From assembly GCF_020745735.1 (NCBI RefSeq), contig NC_083413.1:14446001-14510000 (forward strand): 64,000 nt of DNA, written 5' to 3'. Of this stretch, positions 25,610-37,490 are shown in pieces. The position numbers and the translations under genes were made by a program. This stretch comes from Hemiscyllium ocellatum (lineage: Eukaryota). How positions within the stretch are numbered: the first letter of the stretch is position 1; each line of letters starts with the position of its first letter. The notes below the pieces were generated by a model. That model saw nothing but the letters and a program-made list of their open reading frames with translations, did not search any database and was not told the DNA's origin.

Positions 25610-25776
25610 TGTTGCAGGCTTTGCTGCCTCTCCCATAAGGAACAGTCAAGAGTGTGACATAATATTTGTTGCATGACATATACCTTGATCAAAGGAGCCA
25701 ATAACAAATGATTTAGTTTGTTAGAGTTGTCCTGTTTGGGCACATATTGTTTTGGCAGTGACTATTTATGTCTCAC

Positions 25777-26748
25777 TTAAGACATTTCTATTTCGAGATC
25801 CTGTTGTATTCGCATCTTTTTAAATAACAGCTTAGTAAATAGTTTGCACAGCAGGAAGTAGATGACTGGATCGAGGCAAACGTTAAATGCACAAAGCAGC
25901 TGTGATGCTTCCTTTGCATAGTACAGCCTGTTGAATGCTGTACAGTTTGTTTGGTTCTTTCGAACCTGCTCATAAGGAAGTCTGATAATTTGATAAGGTA
26001 CAAAGCAGATGATGAAGACCGCCATGATGCTGAAAATGTTACGATTTACTCTCTTTTTGACGTTGCTGGAGTCCGTTTGCACTTTCTGATCGGACCAGTA
26101 TATCTTGTTTAAGATGGCTGAATAACAGATAATGAGGAGCACAAAGGTGACCCAGAAAATAACTTGGCATTTTAAAATGATGAAATGATGCCAGGTTTTA
26201 CCCAGCTCACTTTTCAACCTTAAGCACTGTGCAGCGTTATCCTTTGTGGGGATGTGGTTTGTCAGAATGACATTTGGCAGTGCAAAGCCTGTCATACATA
26301 CCCAGCAACCCACACTGACATACTTGGCAACGGAGACCTTTTGCACAGTCAGGTTTCTCATGGGGCGCACTATCTTTAGGTACCTGTCAAAGCTGATGAG
26401 GCCAAGGAATATGATGCTCAGGTACATGCAGTTGTAGAAGATGACGAGAGTGTAACGACACGCGATTGCTTGCAGCTGCCAGGGCCCAAGATGTGACTCA
26501 GACAGGATTTTGAAAGGCAGTGTCATGGTCATTAGCAGATCAGCGGTGACGATGTTCTTGAGATAAACGACAAAGCTGGAGTGACTTGGTATATGACAGA
26601 AGATCCAGGCAGCCAGTGTGTTCAGCAATAAGCCTCCAACAAAAACAAAGAAATACAAAACTGGAAGGACCTCCATTGTCACTGTTGGGTTCCGCAAGGT
26701 TTTGCAGTCAGTGCTGTTAGAAGAATTACTGTTTGTGGTCATCATCAT
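25777..26748 (-). CDS. P2RY14: P2Y purinoceptor 14-like, copy A (323 aa)
   Basis: Intact 7TM ORF with P2Y14-like segments LGPWQL, ISFDRYLKIV, KSELGKTWH, RNIFSI and NVCLDP. Splice acceptor ttttcAG at 26757-26758 lies just upstream of the ATG. Confidence 0.9.
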   Translation of the reverse strand: MMMTTNSNSSNSTDCKTLRNPTVTMEVLPVLYFFVFVGGLLLNTLAAWIFCHIPSHSSFVVYLKNIVTADLLMTMTLPFKILSESHLGPWQLQAIACRYTLVIFYNCMYLSIIFLGLISFDRYLKIVRPMRNLTVQKVSVAKYVSVGCWVCMTGFALPNVILTNHIPTKDNAAQCLRLKSELGKTWHHFIILKCQVIFWVTFVLLIICYSAILNKIYWSDQKVQTDSSNVKKRVNRNIFSIMAVFIICFVPYQIIRLPYEQVRKNQTNCTAFNRLYYAKEASQLLCAFNVCLDPVIYFLLCKLFTKLLFKKMRIQQDLEIEMS

Positions 26749-27713
26749 TTCTTTTCCTGAAAAATACCATTAATTATGTTTAGTTCAAGATTGTTGCATT
26801 TCTACTATATCTGGTATTGAAACATTTAAAAAGATTAGTTACAGCATTTGGCCCAGGAGGTCAGTGTAACTTGTGTTAATCTTAATCCACTTTCTCTGTG
26901 TTGCCCTCTCTGCATTCTGAACCCAGAAGCAATTGCATTATTTTGTTCATGTCTCTTGCTATCCTGTGAAATAAATCTGAGTTGATCCCTCCTGACAGTC
27001 AAAATTCCACTTACTTACTATAGTTAATGATGAGATGAGATTTGCAGATGAATTTTTTTCTAAAAGAAAAATTAATTCTGAATCAACCTGGTAGATGGTA
27101 TTACACACCTCTGGAGCAGGTGGGACTTGAACTTGGGCCTCCTGGATCAGTGGTAGATGTACTACATCGTGTCACCTTTTGACCATTTTCTTTTCATCTT
27201 GAAGTGACTTAGTTTTTCTACTGGATGGTTTTTATAAAGCCTCGAATGAGAAATTGTCTGGTAATGTATTGTAAATTAATTTGCAGTGCCTGGTTCGTTA
27301 CCATACAGCGAAACAAAGATTGATAAAAAGAAACGGTCTAGGGAAGGTAGCTATCCCACCCCAACCTCACTTTCCCCCATCCACCTCATCCCTGTCAAGA
27401 CCTGGACAATATTCAGAGACTTCAGCAAATAACATTTGTAATAGTCAAATGCCAGGCAATGACCAGCTCAAAAAGGAGAGAATCTAATCATCATCCAACC
27501 ACTATCAACACTGTGAGGGTTACCAATGACCAGAAGCTGACCTGGGTCAGCCATATCAACACAATGGTCACAAGAGCAGGTCAGATGCTTGGAATCCTGC
27601 AGTGAGTAACTCATCCCTGACTCCCCAAAGCATGTCTATCATCCATAAGGCACAACTTCGGAATGTGATTAAATACTCCCCACTTGCCTGGGTGAGTGCA
27701 GCTCTAACAACAA

Positions 27714-27855
27714 CAGGTCAGGCAGCATCCAAGGAGCAGGAGAATCGATGTTTCGGGCATGAACCCTTCTTGCTCCTTGGATGCTGCCTGACCTGTGCTT
27801 TTCCAGCAACACATTTTCAGCTCTGATCTCCAGCATCTGCAGTCCTCACTTTCTC
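27714..27855. mobile_element. Penelope-derived inverted-repeat element
   Basis: 13-bp TSD CTCTAACAACAAC and inverted arms. Nested in an older repeat (~27500-28410). Confidence 0.75.
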
Positions 27856-27898
27856 CTCTAACAACAACTCTCAAGAAGCTTGATACAGTCTTGGACAA

Positions 27899-28110
27899 GG
27901 GTTTAGATTAGAGTGAAGCTGGAAAAGCACAGCAGGTCAGGCAGCATCCGGGGAGAAGGAAAATCAATGTTTCGGGCAAAAGCCCTTCATCGTGCTTTTG
28001 CCCGAAACGTCGATTTTCCTGTTCCTCGGATGCTGCCTGACCTGCTGTGCTTTTCCAGCACCACTCTAACCTAAACTCTGGTTTCCAGCATCTGCAGTCC
28101 TCACTTTTGC
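27899..28110. mobile_element. Second Penelope-derived inverted-repeat element
   Basis: Inverted arms around GGGCAAAAGCCCTTCATC / GCTTTTGCCCGAAACGTC. Imperfect TSD ACAGTCTnnGACA. Confidence 0.75.
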
Positions 28111-28805
28111 ACAGTCTAAGACATGCAATCTGCTTGATTAGCATGCATTCTCAAGCATTAGTTCCTTCCTTACACAATGTTGATACCAAGCATTGTTGAT
28201 CATCTATAATATTCACTGCAGAAACTCACTAAGGCTCTTTGACAGCACTTTCCCGGTCCATCACAAAGTCCCTCCCTCACAGCATTAAGGACTACCCACA
28301 GCAGATGGACTGTGGCAGTTAGAGAATGTAGCACACCACTACCTTCTCCAGGGTAACTAGGGACGGGCAATAAATGGTGTCTGAGCCAGGCATGCCCACG
28401 TCCCCTGAATGAAGAAAATACATTTTCAATTGACAGATGTTTATCACATTCTTGGTCTAATGACTGTTAGAATGCTGCACATTTCATGAAAAGTTTCCAG
28501 AAATTTCTGAGCAGCTGGCACATTTGCAAGGAGGTAGACATGAAAAAATTACTGGGAATACAAAATAAAAACCACATCAAATATTTTTGTGTATGTTATG
28601 AAAGTAGCAACCTAGAAAGTAGATCATTTTTACAGCCAGATCACTTACACAATTCTGCTTTCTCTCAATAGATGCTGCTATCTGCTGAGTTTTTCTAGCA
28701 ATTTCTGATTTTTGTTTCTGTTTTTCAGCATTTGCAGTTCTTTGATTTTTCTTTGTCACTCTGGTCTTACGTTGAAGCATGTTGTGTAGATATGCCTATT
28801 TATAG

Positions 28806-29110
28806 GATTACTTACAGTATGGAAATAGGCCCTGATCCACCAAAGTCCACACTGACCCACCAAAGCATATACCACTCAGACCCATACTCCTATATTTACC
28901 CCTTCACCTAACACTATGGGCAATTTAGCCTGGCCAATTCACCTAACCTGCACATTTTTGGATTGTGGGAGGAAACTAGAGCACCCGGAGGAAACCCACA
29001 CAGACACGAGGAGAATGGGCAAACTCCACACAGAGTTGCCTGAGGCGGGAATTGAACCCTGGTCTCTGGCGCTGTGAGGCAGCAGTGCTAACCACTTCGC
29101 CACCGTGCTG
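28806..29110 (-). mobile_element. HE1-type SINE, near full length
   Basis: Reverse complement of head, V-domain and tail. Confidence 0.85.
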
Positions 29111-29176
29111 CACAGGAATTGTAATTGGTCTCAGCTCTTGTTTAAAAGCGGAGAAAGTTGCTGCTTCATCAAGTTA

Positions 29177-30454
29177 ATCTCTCTCTCACACACGCTTTCT
29201 TTCTNNNNNNNNNNNNNNNNNNNNNNNNNNNNNNNNNNNNNNNNNNNNNNNNNNNNNNNNNNNNNNNNNNNNNNNNNNNNNNNNNNNNNNNNNNNNNNNN
29301 NNNNNNNNNNNNNNNNNNNNNNNNNNNNNNNNNNNNNNNNNNNNNNNNNNNNNNNNNNNNNNCATGCTCGCTCACTCTCCACTCGTGCTCTCACTCTCTC
29401 TCTCTCGCACACACACTCTCCATCTCTCTCTCACGCACATGCACCCTCTCCATCTCTTCGCTCTCCATCTNNNNNNNNNNNNNNNNNNNNNNNNNNNNNN
29501 NNNNNNNNNNNNNNNNNNNNNNNNNNNNNNNNNNNNNNNNNNNNNNNNNNNNNNNNNNNNNNNNNNNNNNNNNNNNNNNNNNNNNNNNNNNNNNNNNNNN
29601 NNNNNNNNNNNNNNNNNNNNNNNNNNNNNNNNNNNNNNNNNNNNNNNNNNNNNNNNNNNNNNNNNNNNNNNNNNNNNNNNNNNNNNNNNNNNNNNNNNNN
29701 NNNNNNNNNNNNNNNNNNNNNNNNNNNNNNNNNNNNNNNNNNNNNNNNNNNNNNNNNNNNNNNNNNNNNNNNNNNNNNNNNNNNNNNNNNNNNNNNNNNN
29801 NNNNNNNNNNNNNNNNNNNNNNNNNNNNNNNNNNNNNNNNNNNNNNNNNNNNNNNNNNNNNNNNNNNNNNNNNNNNNNNNNNNNNNNNNNNNNNNNNNNN
29901 NNNNNNNNNNNNNNNNNNNNNNNNNNNNNNNNNNNNNNNNNNNNNNNNNNNNNNNNNNNNNNNNNNNNNNNNNNNNNNNNNNNNNNNNNNNNNNNNNNNN
30001 NNNNNNNNNNNNNNNNNNNNNNNNNNNNNNNNNNNNNNNNNNNNNNNNNNNNNNNNNNNNNNNNNNNNNNNNNNNNNNNNNNNNNNNNNNNNNNNNNNNN
30101 NNNNNNNNNNNNNNNNNNNNNNNNNNNNNNNNNNNNNNNNNNNNNNNNNNNNNNNNNNNNNNNNNNNNNNNNNNNNNNNNNNNNNNNNNNNNNNNNNNNN
30201 NNNNNNNNNNNNNNNNNNNNNNNNNNNNNNNNNNNNNNNNNNNNNNNNNNNNNNNNNNNNNNNNNNNNNNNNNNNNNNNNNNNNNNNNNNNNNNNNNNNN
30301 NNNNNNNNNNNNNNNNNNNNNNNNNNNNNNNNNNNNNNNNNNNNNNNNNNNNNNNNNNNNNNNNNNNNNNNNNNNNNNNNNNNNNNNNNNNNNNNNNNNN
30401 CGCGCGCGCTCTCCCCATCTCTCTCGCGCGCGCTCTCCCCATCTCTCTCTCACT
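29177..30454. repeat. CT/CA-rich microsatellite array with N gaps (29205-29362, 29471-30400)
   Basis: Visible (CT)n/(CA)n/(CG)n runs flanking the Ns. Confidence 0.9.
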
Positions 30455-31560
30455 CAAGGGGACAAAATACTGACTTGGATTGAAAATTGGTTGGCTGACA
30501 GGAAACAAAGAGTAGTGATAAACAGCTCCCTTTCAGAATGGCAGGCGGTGACCAGTGGGGTACTGCAGGGATCAGTGCTGGACCACAGCTTTTTACAATG
30601 TACATTAATGATATAGATGATGGTATTAAAAGTAATATCAGCAAATTTGCTGGTGATACAAAGCTGGGTGGCAGGGTGAAATGTGAGGAGGATGTTAGGA
30701 GAATACAGGGTGACCTGGACAGGTTAGGTGAGTGGACGGATGCATGGCAGATGCAGTTTAATGTGGATAAATGTGTGGTTATCTACTTTGGTGGCAAGAA
30801 CAGGAAGGCAGATTATTACCTAAATGGAGTCAAGTTAGGTAAAGGGGCAGTGCAACGAGATCTAGGTGTTCTTGTACATTAGTCAATGAAAGCAAGCATG
30901 CAAGTACAGCAGGCAGTGAAGAAAGCTAATAACATGCTGGCCTTCATAACAAGAGGAATTGAATATAGAAGCAAAGAGGCTCTTCTGCAGCTGTACAGGG
31001 CCCTGGTGAGACCGCACCTGGAATATTGTGCGCAGTTTTGGTCTCTAAATTTGAGGAAAGACATTCTGGCTATTGAGGCGTAGGTTCACAAGGTCAATTC
31101 CCGGAATGGCGGGACTATCTTACGTTGAAAGATTGGAGAGACTGGGCTTGTATACGCTCGTGTTTAGAAGGCTGAGAGGGGTTCTGATTGAGACGTATAA
31201 GATTATTAAAGGATTGGACACTCTGGAGGCAGAAAGCATGTTTCCGCTGATGAGTGAGTCCTGAACCAGAGGACACAGTTTAAAAATAAGGGGTAGGTCA
31301 CTTAAAACAGAGTTGAGGAGAAACTTTTTCACCCAGAGAGTGGTGGGTGTGTGGAATGCTCTGCCCAGAAAGCTGTGGAAGCCCAGTCTCTGGATACTTT
31401 CAAGAAAGAGTTAGATAGAGCTCTTAAGGATCGTGGAATCAAGGGTAATGGGGATAAGGCAGGAACAGGATACTGATTGAGGATGATCAGCCATGATCAT
31501 AATGAATGGTGGTGCTGGCTCGAAGGGCAGAATGGCCTACTCCTGCACCTATTGTCTGTT
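30455..31560 (+). mobile_element. CR1/HER1-like LINE, 5'-truncated (RT C-terminal half and 3' UTR)
   Basis: Motifs WLADRKQRV, QGSVL, KFAGDTKLGG and LVRPHLEYCAQFWS. Confidence 0.92.
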
Positions 31561-31784
31561 GTCCCTCTGCCTCTCTTTCACACTCACTCTCACACATTTC
31601 AACATCATTTACTCTGCTCAGTTGCACCACAGGCTTATAATGCGCTGGCCTATCTAATGCCCTGAATAAAGAGGGAGTGCTGGCTGAGAAAGCCAAATGC
31701 TGTAAATCTGAAGGAAAAACAAACCACAGGTCTGTTCCAGTGCTGCTGAGCTACAGTCCTACAGAGGGCACTGTCTTCTCAATG

Positions 31785-31950
31785 TTGATGTGGAGGTGCC
31801 AGGGTTGGACTGGGTTGGACAAGGTCAGGTGTCACAGGACACCAGGTTAAAGTCCAACAAGCCACCTGATGAGAAGGAGAAGCCTTCTGAAAGCCTGTGA
31901 TTTCAAGTAGACCTGTTGGACTATAACCTGGTGTGGTGTGACTTCTGACT
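31785..31950. mobile_element. Penelope-derived inverted pLTR remnant with degenerate hammerhead
   Basis: CACCAGGTTAAAGTCCAACA...CACCTGATGA...TGTTGGACTATAACCTGGTG. Confidence 0.65.
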
Positions 31951-32739
31951 TTCTCAACTTTAATGCAATTAGCCAATCTGAATTTGTCAAGTTTACTGTA
32001 AAGAAGTGTTTAAAAAAAAATGTTAACCACATGTGAAACCTCAAGTGATGATCTTGTTCCAAAGAAATATTGACCCATTAAACTCAATAAAATGGAGAAT
32101 CTGTTAATATGAAATTCTGTCAAATATGTTCATGTGCTGAAATGCCAAAGACATAATTTTTATTAAATATAAATAAGAGTGGAAATTATTTTAAAAATGT
32201 TGCCGTGGACTGGTGAGTTTGAGAACAGGCAAATGTTTGATCACTTAATATCTAAAAGGCACGGAGACACTGAATCTGCCTATCGGTCTATGGCTGTTAA
32301 TTCAGAGAATCTCAGAGCAACTTTCCTGAGAACTGTGCTTTCAAAGGTCTTCTAATTTACTGTCCCCTTGTTCTGATTGAGCCATGATGAACATGGACAG
32401 AACTGACAGAGGAGTCAATCAGGTTGTCCAATGCTTGTCTGGCAACTGGCCAACCTGTTCCCAGTTCCATCCACAATCCTTCGATTGCTTATTCTGTTAG
32501 TTTGGAAACTTATGGCTGTTACGGAATCTGTAGTTTCATTGGCTGAAATCTTTACACAGCCTGTGTATTGAGTTTTTACCTTCTGATACTTTCTAATGAC
32601 AATATAAAATGCTCTTTAAAGTGAATGTTTCCAATTCCTATTTCAAACATCAAAATAAAATCAACTTTAGAAAAGCTCAGAATTTTCCTTTGTTACAGGT
32701 TTCCTACCTACTTCAGTGTGACTTTGCTCTTATAAAATC

Positions 32740-32945
32740 CATTGAATCCCTAAAGTGTGGAAGCAGGCCATTCAGCTCATCAAGTCCACACAGACCATCC
32801 AAAAAGCATCCCACCCAGACCCACACCCCCACCCTATCCCTGTGACCCCACATCTCCCATGGTTGCTCCACCTAGCCTGCAGGTGCCTGGACACTACCGG
32901 CAACTTAGCATTGCCAATCCACCTAACTTGCACATCTTTGGACCC
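32740..32945 (-). mobile_element. HE1-type SINE 3' fragment
   Basis: Reverse complement of the tail and part of the core. Confidence 0.7.
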
Positions 32946-33396
32946 TCGTACAGTGCTTTCTCCATTTCTAGACTGAAACTGCAATACAATGATGAGAGTG
33001 ACTTTCTTTAATTGTATGCTTATATTTTATTGTTTGCTTCCTAATGTAAATTTTTGTTGGCCTTTTGAATACAAACTTTTGAGAATAAATTTAGATAATA
33101 TTTAGAGAATAATATTTTAGTCATTCCGACACATTGCTCTTGAGCCTCAGAACATGACACTCCTAGTCCCTGCCACTTTAACCTTTCCTTATCTATATTG
33201 TCGGGAGTTATGATGAAACATTTCACTTTAAATATTTGTTATTACTTGATTTCTTTCGCTTTCAAGTGTTGACCAATCTCTGTCATTTCAGCGTGTTACT
33301 ATTATAGTGCACCAACTTTGGTCTTCCACTATTGTAATGATACAAAATAGCCACTCTGTCTTTTTTAATAGGAAAAAGTTGAAAATAAGGACTTAC

Positions 33397-33680
33397 TTGG
33401 AATCACCTGAGGTTTTGATGTTTCCACTCTGTCTAGATGTTAATCCTTTGGACAATATTGTCAACGTGCGATTCTAACACTGAGTCCAATGCCACTGAAA
33501 TCGAAATTTAAGTGAAAGAAAGAAGTGATAGTTGCACAATGTGAAGCTGTCGCACAAGTTTGCTGCTATGTGGAATAACTGAGATGTGTAAACAGATGGT
33601 AGGAGACAAGTGTCTGTCAATCAGGACTGCTGATCCTCCGTTGTCATACCTTTTCAGGAAATTACAACTTCCTTTATTAT
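33397..33680 (-). promoter_or_regulatory. Putative non-coding first exon/promoter of P2RY14-like copy A
   Basis: Donor CAA|GTAAGT at 33397/33396, with the exon end similar to 49524-49560. IRF-like GAAATCGAAA (33497), C/EBP GTTGCACAAT (33531) and ETS ACTTCCT (33667) motifs. Confidence 0.55.
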
Positions 33681-33824
33681 AATTTCGTGATAATGTAGAA
33701 ATTTGTCGTAAGTGATGTGAAGTTGAAGTTTCTCATCTCGTGCTTCTGGAGAATGCAAAACAAAACGTTTTGACTTGGTGACTCTTTCATTTACAATCTT
33801 GAACAGGGCCATTTCTTCACAAAT

Positions 33825-35495
33825 GCAAATACTTTGTTTAAGAAGGGATGTAAGGAGAAAGCTCAGAACTGTATACCTGAGAGTCTGACTTCTGTGGTGG
33901 TTAAGTTGTTGGAGGTGATTCTGACAGGATGTATATGCACTTGGAGAGGAGAAAGTGAGGACTGCAGATGCTGGAGATCAGAGCTGAAAATGTGTTGCTG
34001 GAAAAGCGCAGCAGGTCAGGCAGCATCCAAGGAGCAGGAGAATCGACGTTTCGGGCATGAGCCCTTCTTTGGGATAGCAGCAAACTTGTGCAACGGCTTC
34101 ACCTTGTGCAACTATCGCTGCTGTCGTGAAGAAGGGCTCATGCCCGAAACGTCGATTCTCCTGCTCCTTGGATGCTGCCTGACCTGCTGCGCTTTTCCAG
34201 CAACACAGCTATGCACTTGGGGAGGCAAGGAATGCTTCAGGGTTAGTCAGCATAGTTTTGGGTGAGGGAAATCATGTCTCATAAACTTGATGATTGAGTT
34301 TTTTGGAGAAGTAACGAAACAGATTGTTGAGGGCAGAGCAGTAAATGTTGTTTACTTGGACTTTAGTAAAGCCTTTGACAAGGTTCTGTGTGGTAGACTA
34401 AACATAGATCATGTGATTCAGAGTGAACTTATTAGATACAAAATTGGCTTCACAGCAGGAGACAGAATGTTGATGAAGGGTTGCTTTTCGGACTGGAGGC
34501 CTATTGCCAGAGGTGTTCCACAGGAAGCGGTTCAGGGTCCACTTTTGTTTGTCATTTATATAAAAGATTTAGATGAGAATATAGAAGGTACAGTTAGTAA
34601 GTTTGCAGATGACGCCAAGATTGGTGATATGATGGACATTGAAGAAGGTTGTCTAAGATTAAAAGGAGATCTTGATCAATTGGGTCAAGGGTGAAGAGTG
34701 ACAGATGGAGTTTAATTTGGATAAGTATAGGATATTGCATTGTGGGAAAACAAACAAAAATAGTACTTATACAGTTAATGTAGGGCCTTGGGTAGTGTTG
34801 GAGAACAGAGTGACCTAGGGGTTTAGATACATAGTTCTTTGAAGTTTGCATCACACATAGACAGAGTGGTTAAGAAGGATTTAGCATGCTTGCCTTCATT
34901 GCTCAGACCATTGAGTATAGAAGATGGGATGTCATGTTGAGGTTGTACAAGACATTAGTGAAGTCTCTTCTGGAATACTGTGTCCAGTTCCAGTCACCCT
35001 GTTATAGGCAGGATATTATTAAACTGAAAAGGGTTCAGAAAAGATTTACCAGGATGTTGCTGGGAACGGAGGGTTTGAATGATGGAGTGGTTGGAACTTT
35101 TTTCACTGAAGCATAGGAGGTTGAGAGGTGACCTGAATAAAGATTTCTAAAATCGTGAGTGGTATAGATAAGGTGAATGACAGGTGTCTTTTCCGTAGGA
35201 TTGGGGATTTCAAGACTAGCGGGAATATTTTTAAGGTGAGAGAAGGATTTATAAAAGACAGGAGAGGCAACTTCTTTTCTTTACACAGTGGATGGCTTGT
35301 ATGTGGCATTAACTACCAGAGGAAGTGGTGTATGTAGGTACAGTTAGAACGTTAAAAAGACATTTTAGATAAGTGCATGAATAAGAAGTGTTTAGAGGAA
35401 TATGGGCCAAGTGCAGGCAGATGGGACTAGTTTAGTTTGGAGTAATGGTCGGCATGGACTGGATAGACCGAAGGGTCTGTATGACTCTATGACCC
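33825..35495 (+). mobile_element. CR1-like LINE (RT through 3' end), interrupted by a PLE element at ~33945-34210
   Basis: Motifs YLDFSKAFDKV, GVPQ and KFADDAKIG, then the 3' UTR. Confidence 0.9.
33945..34210. mobile_element. Penelope-derived inverted-repeat element with a unique central filler
   Basis: Near-perfect arms (~33993-34067 and ~34128-34205). TSD TATGCACTTGG. Confidence 0.8.
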
Positions 35496-35499
35496 TCTA

Positions 35500-37100
35500 A
35501 CAAGGAACAGGAATAGGCCACTCAACCCTTCAAGCCTGCCATCCCATTCAGTAGATCATGGCTGATCTGATTTTAACCTCAGCTCTACATTTCAGCACAC
35601 CCCTGATACTTTTTCATCCCCTTGGTGATCAAGAATCTATCTATCTCTGTTTTTAAAATATATAAAGGTTCTCCGTTGACTGCCTTTTGAGGAAGGGAAT
35701 TTTAGAGATTCTCAATCCTTTGAGAGACAAAAATGTTTCTTCTTCTTTGATTTAATTAGTAAACACCTCCTTTCTGAACTATGACCCTGATTTCTAGATT
35801 CTTCCATGAGAGGAAGCATCCTTTCCACATCTATCCGGTCAAGTCCCCTCAGGATCTTGTATGTTTCAATGAAGTCACCTCCGAGTCTCTTAAACTCCAA
35901 ATGATCCAGGGCCTAACCTGTCTAGCATTTCCTTATATGGCAATCTGCTCATTCCAGGTGTTAGTCCAGTAAACCTTCTCTGGACTGCTTCCAATGCACC
36001 ACCATCCTTCTATATGTACGGTGGCCTGCACTGTACACAGTCCTCCAGATGAGGTCTGGCCAGTACCCTGTATAATTGAAGGATAATCTCCCTACTCTTC
36101 CATTCAGTTCCCCTTACAAAAAGAACAACAATTTATTAGCTTTCCAGATTACTTGCTGAAGCAGCATACAAACCATATCCCAGATCTTTGCTCCCTCACC
36201 TAACCTATATTATAACCCTTTTTAAAGGGAGATTCTTATGTCTTCACAGCACATTTTTCTAGTTGGCTTTGTGTTATTGGAAGATTATCTACCATCTATA
36301 GCTTAATTGAAATCATTTGTATAAATTGTAAAGAGTTGAGATTCCAGTGACCCCTATGGACACCACTCGTGACATTCTGCCAACTTCAAAAGCTTACTGA
36401 CTGCATTCCTACTGACTGCATCTGTCAACCAGCTAATCTTCTATCCACACCACCTATGTTACTCCCTACACCATGAGCTTTTATTTTCCACAATAACCTT
36501 TATTGTAGCACTCAAATGATTTCTGGAAATCTAAGTATAATGCATCCACTAGTTCCCTCTTATTTACAATATAAGCTACTTCAAAGAATCCAATCAGTTA
36601 ATTAAACATAATTTTCCTTTGAGAAGGCTATGTTGGTTCGACCTGGTTACCTTGAACTTATCCAAGTGACCCGCTAGAACATTTTTAACAATAGCTTCTA
36701 ACATTTTCCCTATGACAGACATTAGGCTATCTCGCCTTTGATTTCCTGCTTTCTGCCTTTCTACCTTTTTAAATAAATGAGTTACAATAGCTATTTTTCT
36801 CATCCAAAGGACTCCTCCCTGAATTATGAGTTTTGTAAACTTAAGACAGATGCATCATTGATTTCACTGCTAATTCTTTTCGCACCCTCTGCACCAAGCC
36901 TCTTGTCCCGAGTCGGTTGCAGTTCCAAAAGTTTCCTCAATACTGCTTTCCTAATAATTGTAACTTTCTTGAGTTCCTCTCTCCCTTTAAATTCCTGATT
37001 TGTAGTAGGTTGTTACTTCTATGATGTCTAATGAAAACTGATACAAATCTCTCTGTCCTTTGATACTCATTCCCCGGACTCTCTTGCTGTAGGACCAGCA
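35500..37100 (-). mobile_element. Old CR1-like LINE
   Basis: Minus-strand ORF2 fragments FKRLGGDFIETYKIL and VIGKMLEAIVK. Confidence 0.8.
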
Positions 37101-37114
37101 CTTACTTGACCATG

Positions 37115-37490
37115 CAGGAGAAAGTGAGGACTGCAGACTCTGGAGATCAGAGTCGAGTGTGTGTTGTCGGAAAAGCGCAGCAGGTCATTCAGCATCCGAG
37201 GAGCAGGAGAATCAATGTTTTGGACATAAGCCCTTCATCAGGAATGTGGCGGGGGGAGGGGGCTGAGAGAAAAGTAGGAGATTGTGGGTAGGGTGAGGTA
37301 GTTGGGAAGGTGATAGATGCGGGTCGGGGGTGATGGTGACAGATTGGAGGGGAGGATGGAGTGGATAAATGGGAAGAAAGATGGACGGGTAGGATAGTAG
37401 AAGAAGGTGGTGGTGAGTTGAAGGGTTGTATCTGGGAAGAGGTGTAGGGAGGAGAGATGAGGAAACTGGTGAAATTGGCATTGATGCTGT
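37115..37490 (-). mobile_element. Penelope-like element 3' end/pLTR
   Basis: Same structure as 45185-45520: pLTR, hammerhead remnant and purine-rich tract. Confidence 0.7.
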
